Shown here piece after piece: positions 56,179 to 64,000 of a stretch of DNA of 64,000 nt. Location of the stretch: contig OZ037844.1 of the NCBI GenBank assembly GCA_964035575.1, positions 1,240,001 through 1,304,000 on the forward strand. The letters run 5' to 3'. Both the position numbers and the translations under genes were made by a program. Below the pieces are notes generated by a model. The model saw nothing but the letters and a program-made list of their open reading frames with translations. It made no database searches and was not told the DNA's origin. The stretch comes from Rhynchopus sp. YZ270_cl-10. Its lineage: Eukaryota. Each line of letters opens with the position of its first letter. Position 1 is the stretch's first letter.

Positions 56179-58131
56179 ATGTCGAAGGAGCAACACGCAG
56201 ACAGCACACCTGACGAGAAGGCATCAAAGAGAAGAAAGCTTTCTGCAGACTCGGTCTTGGTGGAGGCTGCCAGGAACGGCGACACGACTGCCGTGCGGGT
56301 GGGACTTGAGAAGCTCAACCCAGACACAGACACAGACAGCAAAACGGTTGCCTTCGATGCTGTGCACGAGGCATGCAGAGGGAACCACGATGAATGCCTC
56401 GCACTGCTTCTTCCGTATGTTGAGACAACGCAGATGGGCTTCGGGATGCTGCTGAGTAAGTGCATCCACGCAGACCACACTGCGTGCACGGAGGTCCTCT
56501 TGCAGCATTGGAAGTCAGTCTGCAGCAACGTTGCGTTTGTCCCACACGGGTGCAACACGAAAGGAAATAAACTTCGTCCCTGTCCAGCCATGTGGGCGGA
56601 CCCTGCAGTGTGTCAGGTGCTCATTGATGCAGGGGCAGACATCGAGGTGAAGGATGAGGATGGACGTTCACCTCTGCTCAGGGCGAGCATTTCAGGCAAG
56701 CCCGCAGTTGTGAAGATGTTGGTTGAAGCAGGTGCGGGAGTGCGTGTCACAGACAACCAAGGACTCACGTGTCTTGCTCTTGCGTCTTGTTTTGGACGCA
56801 CCGAGACTGTGCGTTATCTTGCGGGTTTGAAGGAGGTGGACGTGAACTACCTAGGTGATGAAGGCTTCACTGCGTTGCACTGGGCAGGTCAAAAAAACCA
56901 TCCTGAAGTAGTTCAGGTGCTTATTGATGCAGGTGCAGACATCGAGGTGAAGGATGAGGAGGGATATTCGCCTCTGCTCAGGGTAAGCAAGTCAGGAGCA
57001 CTCAATGTTGTGAAGATGTTGGTCGAAGCAGGTGCGGACGTGTGTGTCACAGACAACAAAGGACGCACGTGTCTTATCTTTGCGGCACATAAAGGACACA
57101 CCGAGACTGTGCGCTATCTTGTGGGTTTGAAGGATGTGGACGTCAATCAGTCAGGTGATGAAGTCTGCAGTGCGTTGAGACGTGCAGTTGTGGGAAACCA
57201 CGCAGACGTGGTGCAGGTGCTCATTGATGCAGGGGCCGATATTGAGACAAAGGACCAGAAGGGACGTTCGCCTCTTCACAATGCTGGCAGTTCAGGAGCA
57301 CTCGATGTGCTGAAGACGTTAGTCAAAGCAGGTGCGGACGTCTGCGTCACAGACAGCACAGGACGCACATGTCTTATCTTTGCGGCACATAGAGGACATA
57401 CCGAGACTGTGCGCTATCTTGTTGGCTTGAAGGATGTGGACGTGAATCACGTTGATACCACGGGCTGGCCTGCATTGAGACATGCAGCTGTGCGAAACCA
57501 CCCGGACGTGGTGCAGGTGCTCATTGATGCAGGGGCAGATATTGAGACAAGAGACAACCACGACCGTACCCCACTCCTGGTGGCGAGCCAGTGTGGGAAT
57601 CTCCGAGTTGTGAAGGTGTTGGTCAAAGCAGGTGCGGATGTGTGTGTCACAGATAACAAAGGACTCACGTGTCTTACCCTTGCGGCTGGTTTAGGACACT
57701 CCGAGACTGTGCGTACTCTTCTGTGCTTGCCTGAGGTGGATGTGAATCAGTCACATAACAGGGGCTTCACTTCACTCCACTGCGCAGTGTTAAAGAAGCA
57801 CTCAGATGTGGTGCAGCTGCTCATTGATGCAGGGGCAGACATCGAGGTGAACCGAGACAGAATTTCACCTCTTCGTTGTGCTTGTGACGTCGGGGAACTC
57901 GACATTGTGCAAATGTTGGTGGAAGCAGGTGCGGGAGTGCGTGCCACAGACAACGAAGGAAACACATGTCTTATCCTTGCGGCACAAAAAGGACACACCG
58001 AGACTGTGCGCTATCTTGTGGGATTACCGGAGGTGGATGTGAACCACAGAAATGTTTCTGGCCTGACTGCGTTGCAGCATGCGAGCCACAAACAACATGC
58101 AGATGTGGTGCAGATTCTTTCTCTCATTTGA
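56179..58131 (+). CDS. Ankyrin-repeat protein, 650 aa
   Basis: Conserved N-module, five triplets. Confidence 0.93.
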   Translation: MSKEQHADSTPDEKASKRRKLSADSVLVEAARNGDTTAVRVGLEKLNPDTDTDSKTVAFDAVHEACRGNHDECLALLLPYVETTQMGFGMLLSKCIHADHTACTEVLLQHWKSVCSNVAFVPHGCNTKGNKLRPCPAMWADPAVCQVLIDAGADIEVKDEDGRSPLLRASISGKPAVVKMLVEAGAGVRVTDNQGLTCLALASCFGRTETVRYLAGLKEVDVNYLGDEGFTALHWAGQKNHPEVVQVLIDAGADIEVKDEEGYSPLLRVSKSGALNVVKMLVEAGADVCVTDNKGRTCLIFAAHKGHTETVRYLVGLKDVDVNQSGDEVCSALRRAVVGNHADVVQVLIDAGADIETKDQKGRSPLHNAGSSGALDVLKTLVKAGADVCVTDSTGRTCLIFAAHRGHTETVRYLVGLKDVDVNHVDTTGWPALRHAAVRNHPDVVQVLIDAGADIETRDNHDRTPLLVASQCGNLRVVKVLVKAGADVCVTDNKGLTCLTLAAGLGHSETVRTLLCLPEVDVNQSHNRGFTSLHCAVLKKHSDVVQLLIDAGADIEVNRDRISPLRCACDVGELDIVQMLVEAGAGVRATDNEGNTCLILAAQKGHTETVRYLVGLPEVDVNHRNVSGLTALQHASHKQHADVVQILSLI

Positions 58132-58399
58132 AACAGTATTGGTAGAAGTGTGTTCGCTTCACCACAACTCTGTTGTCTTTATTTCATGGACAGCACCCGT
58201 TACCGGTATTGTGTATTGACGTGTTTTGCAAATTACAGAGTCATTTCCGTTTTTGGGTATACGTTATGGCATTACCTCGTAAAAAGAAACCCCGGTGATA
58301 CCCGGTATGGGTGAAGGCTTACCCAGGGGGGAGTGGACAACGCTTTCGCATAAATGCGTTCTTGTTTTTATCCATTTTTTCTTTTTTTTTTAAAGCGCG

Positions 58400-58557
58400 T
58401 AAAGGGGGTGTCCAGCGAATATTTACGTTTTTGCAACGTAAATAATAGGCGGAACGTAAATAATAGCTGGAAACCATTTATTTTATTTTTCAAAACGTAA
58501 ATAATAGCTGGAAAGTAAATAGGCCTGGAAGTAAATATTCTCTGGGACCCCCCTTTA
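58400..58557. mobile_element. ~158-bp MITE
   Basis: TAAAGGGGGTGTCCAGCGAATATTTAC vs GTAAATATTCTCTGGGACCCCCCTTTA; internal CGTAAATAATAGCTGGAAA repeats. Confidence 0.7.
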
Positions 58558-59114
58558 GTTGGATCCATGTCTAGGGCCACAGTCATGGTGTATGAGAGCT
58601 TGAGAACGAGTTGCCTCCAAGCATCTGGTTTTTCAGAAACACTGAGACACGTATCCAACACACGCCCAATAGAATTACGTATTTTAGTACAGAGCCTGTG
58701 CATGGTCTGTGGGTGCTGGGCCAAGTATACACCACGTGCCCCAGATGCACTTCCGTATGCAAGAAGCATGGTCCAGGATGTAACGAAATAGCGTCACAGA
58801 GGTTGGCGTAGCACCCCTCATCCTAGTGATTCATTGCTACTTGGTTTTGCACTGAGCCCGAATGACAACCGAACCCAAAAAAGAGAGAGCCCGTTTCAAT
58901 ACATTTCTTGCTCCCCCCCTATCCAACCCCAGCCTCTCCCCCAAAGCACCACACTACCCCTCACAGGTTTCAAGGTTGAGTTTAGTTACTTTTATATATT
59001 TTTGTTGCCTCAGAAGAAGGAGAAGGAGAAGGAGCAAGAGCAAGAGCAAGAGCAAGAGCTCGGACAGTTTTCCTCAAAGGCGCAAGGCGACACACAGCGT
59101 CGTCGAGGCTAGGG

Positions 59115-62100
59115 ATGCGGCGGGATATGAAGAGCCCCGCGTTGCTGCTGGTAGCGTTGTGCTGGATGCTGCTGCTGGGGGCTGTGCCAGGATTTGGGGA
59201 GGAGGTGGCGGAGGAGGAGGAGGAGGAGGGTCCGTGTGGGCTGAAGGAGTGCGCGTCGCTGGGGTCTGAAGCAGCGCCACAGAACCACGCGACGTACGCG
59301 GCGCCGGAGAAGGAGACGCAGACGCCGTTCTCGCTGACAACGCTGACGGGGGCGTTCCGGGAGCCGCTGGTTGCGCTGCAGGGGACGGTTGTGTCGGCTG
59401 CGATGGAGGAGGGGGAGGCGCTGATGAACAAGGTCGGGGCGTCGGAGCTGGTGGACTACGTGAAGTCGGACGCGGTGCTGGGCCCGCTGCAGGACAAGGT
59501 TGGTGCGATGCTTGAGGGGATCACGGACATTGTGGAGGCGGCGAGCGAGGAGGCGCTTGGGGACACTGCGTCGCTGTTCGACGCGATCAGCCAGGACCTT
59601 GTGGGGACTGTCGGGAGCGACGTGTGCAAGGCGGACGGTGCGACGGCGCACCTGCAGGAGCGCCTGCAGCGCCGTGCGTCGGCGCTGTCGTCGTCGAAGA
59701 CGTCGTGCCACCCGCTGGACCTGCCGTGCTGGGTTGCGAAGCTGACGATTGACACGCAGTTTGCGGACGGGCCGGGGACGCCGGAGTACAACCCTGTGAT
59801 TGCTGTGACGGCGGGGATTGGGATGGACTTCCCGTTGAAGGAGGACGGACACGTGCAGGTGGGGCTTGGGCTTGGGTTGGGGCTGAGCAACGCGTGGAAT
59901 GTGTGGGACGGGACGTATACTGCCGGGTTTGACGTGGGGGTGTCGGCGTCTGTGAGTGTGACTGCGGACAGGCCGAAGACGCAGGCGGAGGCGGATGCGG
60001 CGGTGGTGGCTGCGAGGACGGTGCGCACCGATGCGGTGACGACACGTTTGAATGCGCGTGCTGCGATGGCGGGACAGCAGGCGGCCGTGGACGCGCTTGT
60101 TGCGCGGGAGACGGTGTCGGACAGGAAGGTGGCGGCGAAGAAGAAGGCCCTTGCTGCTGCGGAGGTGGACACTGGGGCTGCGCAGAGGCGGACTGCTGCT
60201 GCGGTGCGGGACCTGGCGGCTGCAGAGAAGACGGTGCTTGAGTGCACGACGACGCTGAACACGCAGACGGCACGGAAGAGTGTGGCGGAGGGGCTGAAGC
60301 CGTCTGTGACGACGAGGCTGGCAGACCTGGCAGCGCTGTACTCGACGAAGACGGCGGAGTACGAGGCACACTACAGCACGTACCTGGGGGCAAAGACGCT
60401 CGAGGTGCTGGCGGAGGGCGGGGGCGACGTGGCGGCGATTGCACAGGCCAAGACAGAGACGGCTGTGGCGTTCAAAAAGATGACGGTGGCAGGGAACGTT
60501 GCGAAGGTGGTCGGGACACGGAAGACCGCGGCCCAGGCGGAGCTGGGGGTGCTGAACCGGGAGATCCTTGATGCCGGACGCGAGGTGGCACGCATGACGG
60601 AGCGGCTGCCGATGAAGACGGCGTACAGGGATGTGCTGCGCGACGAGTCGCTGCCTGCAAAGCGTGCGGTGGAGGCGGAACGGGTGTCGGCGGAGGCGGC
60701 TGTGCGGACGGAGCTGTTGGAGGCGAAGACTGAGGCTGCCGGGATTGCGTCGGAGAGGAAGCCGTACGACGCGACTATTGCGACGGCGAACGCGGCGGAC
60801 CGGGCGTACGGGACGGCAAACAAGGCCTACACGAAGGCGCTGGAGGAGGCGGAGGCGATCCGGCTGGCAGCGGGGCCGAAGAAGGCGATGGACTACCTGC
60901 GCGACAACCTGGGGGTCTCGCTCGGGGTGGCCTTCACAGACAGGACCTGGATGGGTGGGCTTGGGCTGTCCCTGTCGTTTTCGCTGTTTGGGCTTGAGCT
61001 GACGGCAATGTTCACGATCCCGACGCACCTGCACTGCCTGTCGCTTGAGATGCACGACCGGGACGGGGCGTTCCCGAAGGAGTTCTTCAAGTGGCTCTAC
61101 TTCACAGGGTTCTCTGTGAACATTCTGTCGTCGTCGATTGTGGACCTGAAGGACGCCGACATCTTTGGGGGCTACGGGGAGAACCTGAAGGAGCAGATGT
61201 TCATTCTCAAGAAGATCAGCCAGGCCTTCAAGAGCGACCCGGTGAAGACGGACCCGTTGACGGGGGAGAAGAAGGGGAAGACGTGGGGGACGTGGCTGAA
61301 GGAGAACTTCGAGGTGAGTGTGAGTGTGGAGATTGGGTTCTCAAACGGGCACGGGTCGACACTTGACGGCGCGTGGTCGAGCCTGAAGTGCTACGACGAG
61401 TGTGCGATTGGGGTGAACGCGAACCAGTGCTCGGAGGAGCATGGGTTTGCGTGCTACGACCCTGCGCCGTACGACAGGAACGACTGGCAGTGCCGTGTGG
61501 TGGACGAGTGTGCGATTCCGGAGGTGCTGAAGATCTGCACGGACGCGCGGCAGACGTGCCACGACCCTGTGCGGGCGTCGGAGGACGACCCGCATGTGTA
61601 CGGGAACTGGATGTGTGTGTGCGCGGGCGCGGATGTGGCCTCGGGCGACGCAGCGGCAATGCAGACGGCGGCTGCGGTGCGCACGTGTGCGACGGCAGAC
61701 ACAGAGTGCGAAGGGAATAGTGTGTGTGCGGACGTGGGGCAGATCTGCGTTGACCCTTCTACGGCGCCCGGGGACTGGCGGTGTGTGTGTGTGTCGCCGC
61801 AGGAGGGGTTTGCGGTGGGGGCTGCTGCAGTGTGTGCGAAGAACGAGTGTCTGGCGGGGTGTGCGTACTGGACGGCGGCGCGCATGCAGGGGCCTGCTTC
61901 GGACCTCCCCGACTGGACCGACCTGCCGAAGGACAAGACGTACTGCTGGAACGGGCTGCACAGCACCACCATTGTGAGTGAGTGTGCCATCAACGAGTGC
62001 GAGACGGACGTGAACCTGGCTGTGTGTGCCGACGAGGGGCAGACGTGTCTGGACCCAAGCCACAACACAGTTGGGGACTGGCGGTGCGAGTGCGTGGGGG

Positions 62101-64000
62101 GCGCGGTTGCGGCTGAGCCCGAGGGGGGCGTGGAGGCTGAGACGCCGACGCAGACGGCGCTTGTGTGTGTGGTGAACGAGTGTGACATGCTGTCGCCGTG
62201 TGGGGCGTACCAGACCTGCACCGACACGGACGAGGAGCACCTGAACAGCTGGGTGTGCGAGTGCAACGCGCCGACTGTGGCAGCGACTGTGGATGTGACA
62301 GGGGTGTCGCTTGTGTGCACGCAGGACGAGTGTGCGGTCGCCGCTGTGGCGGCTGTGTGCACGGCAGTTGGGCAGACGTGCCGCGACCCGACGCCGACGC
62401 CGGGGTCAACCGGGGACTGGGTCTGCGTGTGTGCGTTGCCGCTGTCCGGGTTTGCGCAGGGGGCTGTGGCGAGGTGCTCGGAGTGCACCCTTGCGGGGCG
62501 TGTGGACACGTGTGCGGACGCAGGGAAGCGGTGCTTTGACACGGACGAGACGGACGGGAGCACGGGCGGGACGTGGTCGTGTGTGGAGCCGTCTGCGGAG
62601 GTGGCTGCGGGGGTGGCGCACAACGAGTGTGCTGCCGGCGGTGTGGCCTTCTGTGGGGAGGGGCAGACGTGCTACGACGACGACGAGGCGGCTGCAGGCA
62701 CGTGGTACTGTCTCTGCGACACAGGGGTGGGGCAGGGGCAGCAGCAGCGTGCTGCGGTGTGCGTGCTCAACGAGTGTATGGGGTCGAACCCGTGTGAGCC
62801 CGACACCTGCCTGGACACAAACCCGACTGCGCCTGCCCTTGCGGACTACACGTGCACGGCGGTGTCTGCATCTGCATCTGCGCACGCGGCACACGCTGCG
62901 GCGACACAGAAGAAGAGCGCACACCGGGCAGGGCGCATGGCAGCAGCCCTGTCGGACAGCTCCATTGTGACAGCTGCCCTGGAGGAGGTGATGACACTGT
63001 TTTCACACCTGCGCCCGATTCTTGAGGAGGGGAAGGTGGTGGCGCCGTTCTGCCTGGGGGCGACATGCGACGACGAGACACCGGACACAAAGAAGACCGT
63101 GCAGGGGACGGCGCTGGCGCAGCTGACGGAGACGTGCGATGCACTTGAGGCCCACGTGTACGTCGACGAGCTGCTGCTGAGCAACGTGATCTTTGTGGCA
63201 ACAAACGGGGTGCCGGGCTTTGGGGACGACACGGTGGAGCTGCTTGTGGCAGCTGTGGCCGGGTTCGGGCTGCAGGACGTGGATGTGGAGCTCCTTGTCG
63301 GGGGGGATGGGTTCTCGCTGACCGGGGCCGGGAGGGTGCTGGTGGCCGACGTTGGGGAGGGGCTGCTTGGGACGGTGATTGGTGCCCTTGCGGGTGTGCT
63401 GGAGGACATCCAGGTGGTGGTGACTGTGGATGTTGGGTTTGACGGGTCGGCGTCGGTGCGGTTTGAGGTGTCGCTGGTGGCACCGGACACGGACCTGAAG
63501 GACGTGGCTGTGGTGAACGAGGAGGGGACACTGGGGCTGAATGTCTTCTACGAGGCGGGGACAACGCTGCTTGGGCCGGTGTCGACGGTGGGCGTGTCGC
63601 TGCCGTTGAAGGTGTGTGTGGAGGACTGCGACCCTGTGACGGTGGACAGCCGCTTCATCTACTTCACCGGGACGGTGCAGGCGAAGACGGTTATGGGCAC
63701 GGTTGAGGCGCAGGGGCTGCTGGAGATGGAGGGGACGTGGGACCGGGCGCTGGGGCTGCCGTTTCTGCACATCTCGAACGCACGCCTCGGGGTGGGTGCG
63801 AGCATCAGCCCGACACTGGCGTTTCCAACTAGCATGACGGTTGGTGCAAGCGTGTGCCTGGGTCTGCCCGAGAGCTGTCTTGAGACGCCGCGTGCAGACG
63901 CGAACTACGTGGAGGCGAAGGCGTACCTGTCGTGGAGTGCGGTGGACCCGCAGGAGAACTGGTTTGTGGTGATGGTGTCGGAGCTGACGCTGGAGAAGGT
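59115..64000 (+). CDS. Large secreted/surface protein (>1628 aa, 3'-partial): signal peptide, Ala-rich coiled coil, Cys-rich EGF-like repeats, beta-rich domain
   Basis: MRRDMKSPALLLVALCWMLLLGAVPG signal-like start; frame appears open to the window end (no stop, hence absent from the ORF track); (D/N)EC...C....QTC.DP.....G(D/N)W.C.C repeats at ~61390-62860. Confidence 0.85.
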   Translation, partial: MRRDMKSPALLLVALCWMLLLGAVPGFGEEVAEEEEEEGPCGLKECASLGSEAAPQNHATYAAPEKETQTPFSLTTLTGAFREPLVALQGTVVSAAMEEGEALMNKVGASELVDYVKSDAVLGPLQDKVGAMLEGITDIVEAASEEALGDTASLFDAISQDLVGTVGSDVCKADGATAHLQERLQRRASALSSSKTSCHPLDLPCWVAKLTIDTQFADGPGTPEYNPVIAVTAGIGMDFPLKEDGHVQVGLGLGLGLSNAWNVWDGTYTAGFDVGVSASVSVTADRPKTQAEADAAVVAARTVRTDAVTTRLNARAAMAGQQAAVDALVARETVSDRKVAAKKKALAAAEVDTGAAQRRTAAAVRDLAAAEKTVLECTTTLNTQTARKSVAEGLKPSVTTRLADLAALYSTKTAEYEAHYSTYLGAKTLEVLAEGGGDVAAIAQAKTETAVAFKKMTVAGNVAKVVGTRKTAAQAELGVLNREILDAGREVARMTERLPMKTAYRDVLRDESLPAKRAVEAERVSAEAAVRTELLEAKTEAAGIASERKPYDATIATANAADRAYGTANKAYTKALEEAEAIRLAAGPKKAMDYLRDNLGVSLGVAFTDRTWMGGLGLSLSFSLFGLELTAMFTIPTHLHCLSLEMHDRDGAFPKEFFKWLYFTGFSVNILSSSIVDLKDADIFGGYGENLKEQMFILKKISQAFKSDPVKTDPLTGEKKGKTWGTWLKENFEVSVSVEIGFSNGHGSTLDGAWSSLKCYDECAIGVNANQCSEEHGFACYDPAPYDRNDWQCRVVDECAIPEVLKICTDARQTCHDPVRASEDDPHVYGNWMCVCAGADVASGDAAAMQTAAAVRTCATADTECEGNSVCADVGQICVDPSTAPGDWRCVCVSPQEGFAVGAAAVCAKNECLAGCAYWTAARMQGPASDLPDWTDLPKDKTYCWNGLHSTTIVSECAINECETDVNLAVCADEGQTCLDPSHNTVGDWRCECVGGAVAAEPEGGVEAETPTQTALVCVVNECDMLSPCGAYQTCTDTDEEHLNSWVCECNAPTVAATVDVTGVSLVCTQDECAVAAVAAVCTAVGQTCRDPTPTPGSTGDWVCVCALPLSGFAQGAVARCSECTLAGRVDTCADAGKRCFDTDETDGSTGGTWSCVEPSAEVAAGVAHNECAAGGVAFCGEGQTCYDDDEAAAGTWYCLCDTGVGQGQQQRAAVCVLNECMGSNPCEPDTCLDTNPTAPALADYTCTAVSASASAHAAHAAATQKKSAHRAGRMAAALSDSSIVTAALEEVMTLFSHLRPILEEGKVVAPFCLGATCDDETPDTKKTVQGTALAQLTETCDALEAHVYVDELLLSNVIFVATNGVPGFGDDTVELLVAAVAGFGLQDVDVELLVGGDGFSLTGAGRVLVADVGEGLLGTVIGALAGVLEDIQVVVTVDVGFDGSASVRFEVSLVAPDTDLKDVAVVNEEGTLGLNVFYEAGTTLLGPVSTVGVSLPLKVCVEDCDPVTVDSRFIYFTGTVQAKTVMGTVEAQGLLEMEGTWDRALGLPFLHISNARLGVGASISPTLAFPTSMTVGASVCLGLPESCLETPRADANYVEAKAYLSWSAVDPQENWFVVMVSELTLEK

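Noticed and set aside
48742..58131. Constant-repeat/variable-spacer pattern as CRISPR array or DGR
   Set aside because: Repeats are in-frame ankyrin coding sequence in a eukaryote; no cas or reverse transcriptase gene; variation is not visibly adenine-specific.
59109..61055. 648-aa minus-strand ORF and other long minus ORFs to 63770
   Set aside because: Arg/His/Leu-rich antisense shadows of the GC-biased plus-strand gene starting at 59115.

Overview
Eukaryotic nuclear DNA with spliceosomal GT-AG introns. Every recognisable gene lies on the + strand. Gene organisation and protein families suggest a euglenozoan, most likely a diplonemid-like protist (inference, not a database result). Housekeeping-type genes: the 3' part of PUS10, two tandem DsbA/FrnE-like thiol oxidoreductases, a short/branched-chain acyl-CoA dehydrogenase, an unusual two-domain Rab (Rab32/38-like plus a degenerate Rab domain), a 4-exon coiled-coil gene, and a >1600-aa secreted EGF-like protein that runs off the window and is missing from the ORF track. 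The dominant feature is a family of 9 intact and about 4 fragmentary ankyrin-repeat genes in two arrays plus one outlier. They share an almost invariant N-terminal module with an NLS, followed by ~300-bp three-ankyrin cassettes. The cassette framework is near-identical at DNA level, the predicted binding-surface residues are hypervariable, and whole cassettes are shuffled between paralogues. This looks like a recombination-diversified, DARPin-like nuclear receptor repertoire. A frameshifted B-box/ubiquitin-like/LRR gene sits next to the first array. Intergenic DNA is full of nested non-autonomous TIR elements (several with perfect TSDs), palindromes and short dispersed repeats.
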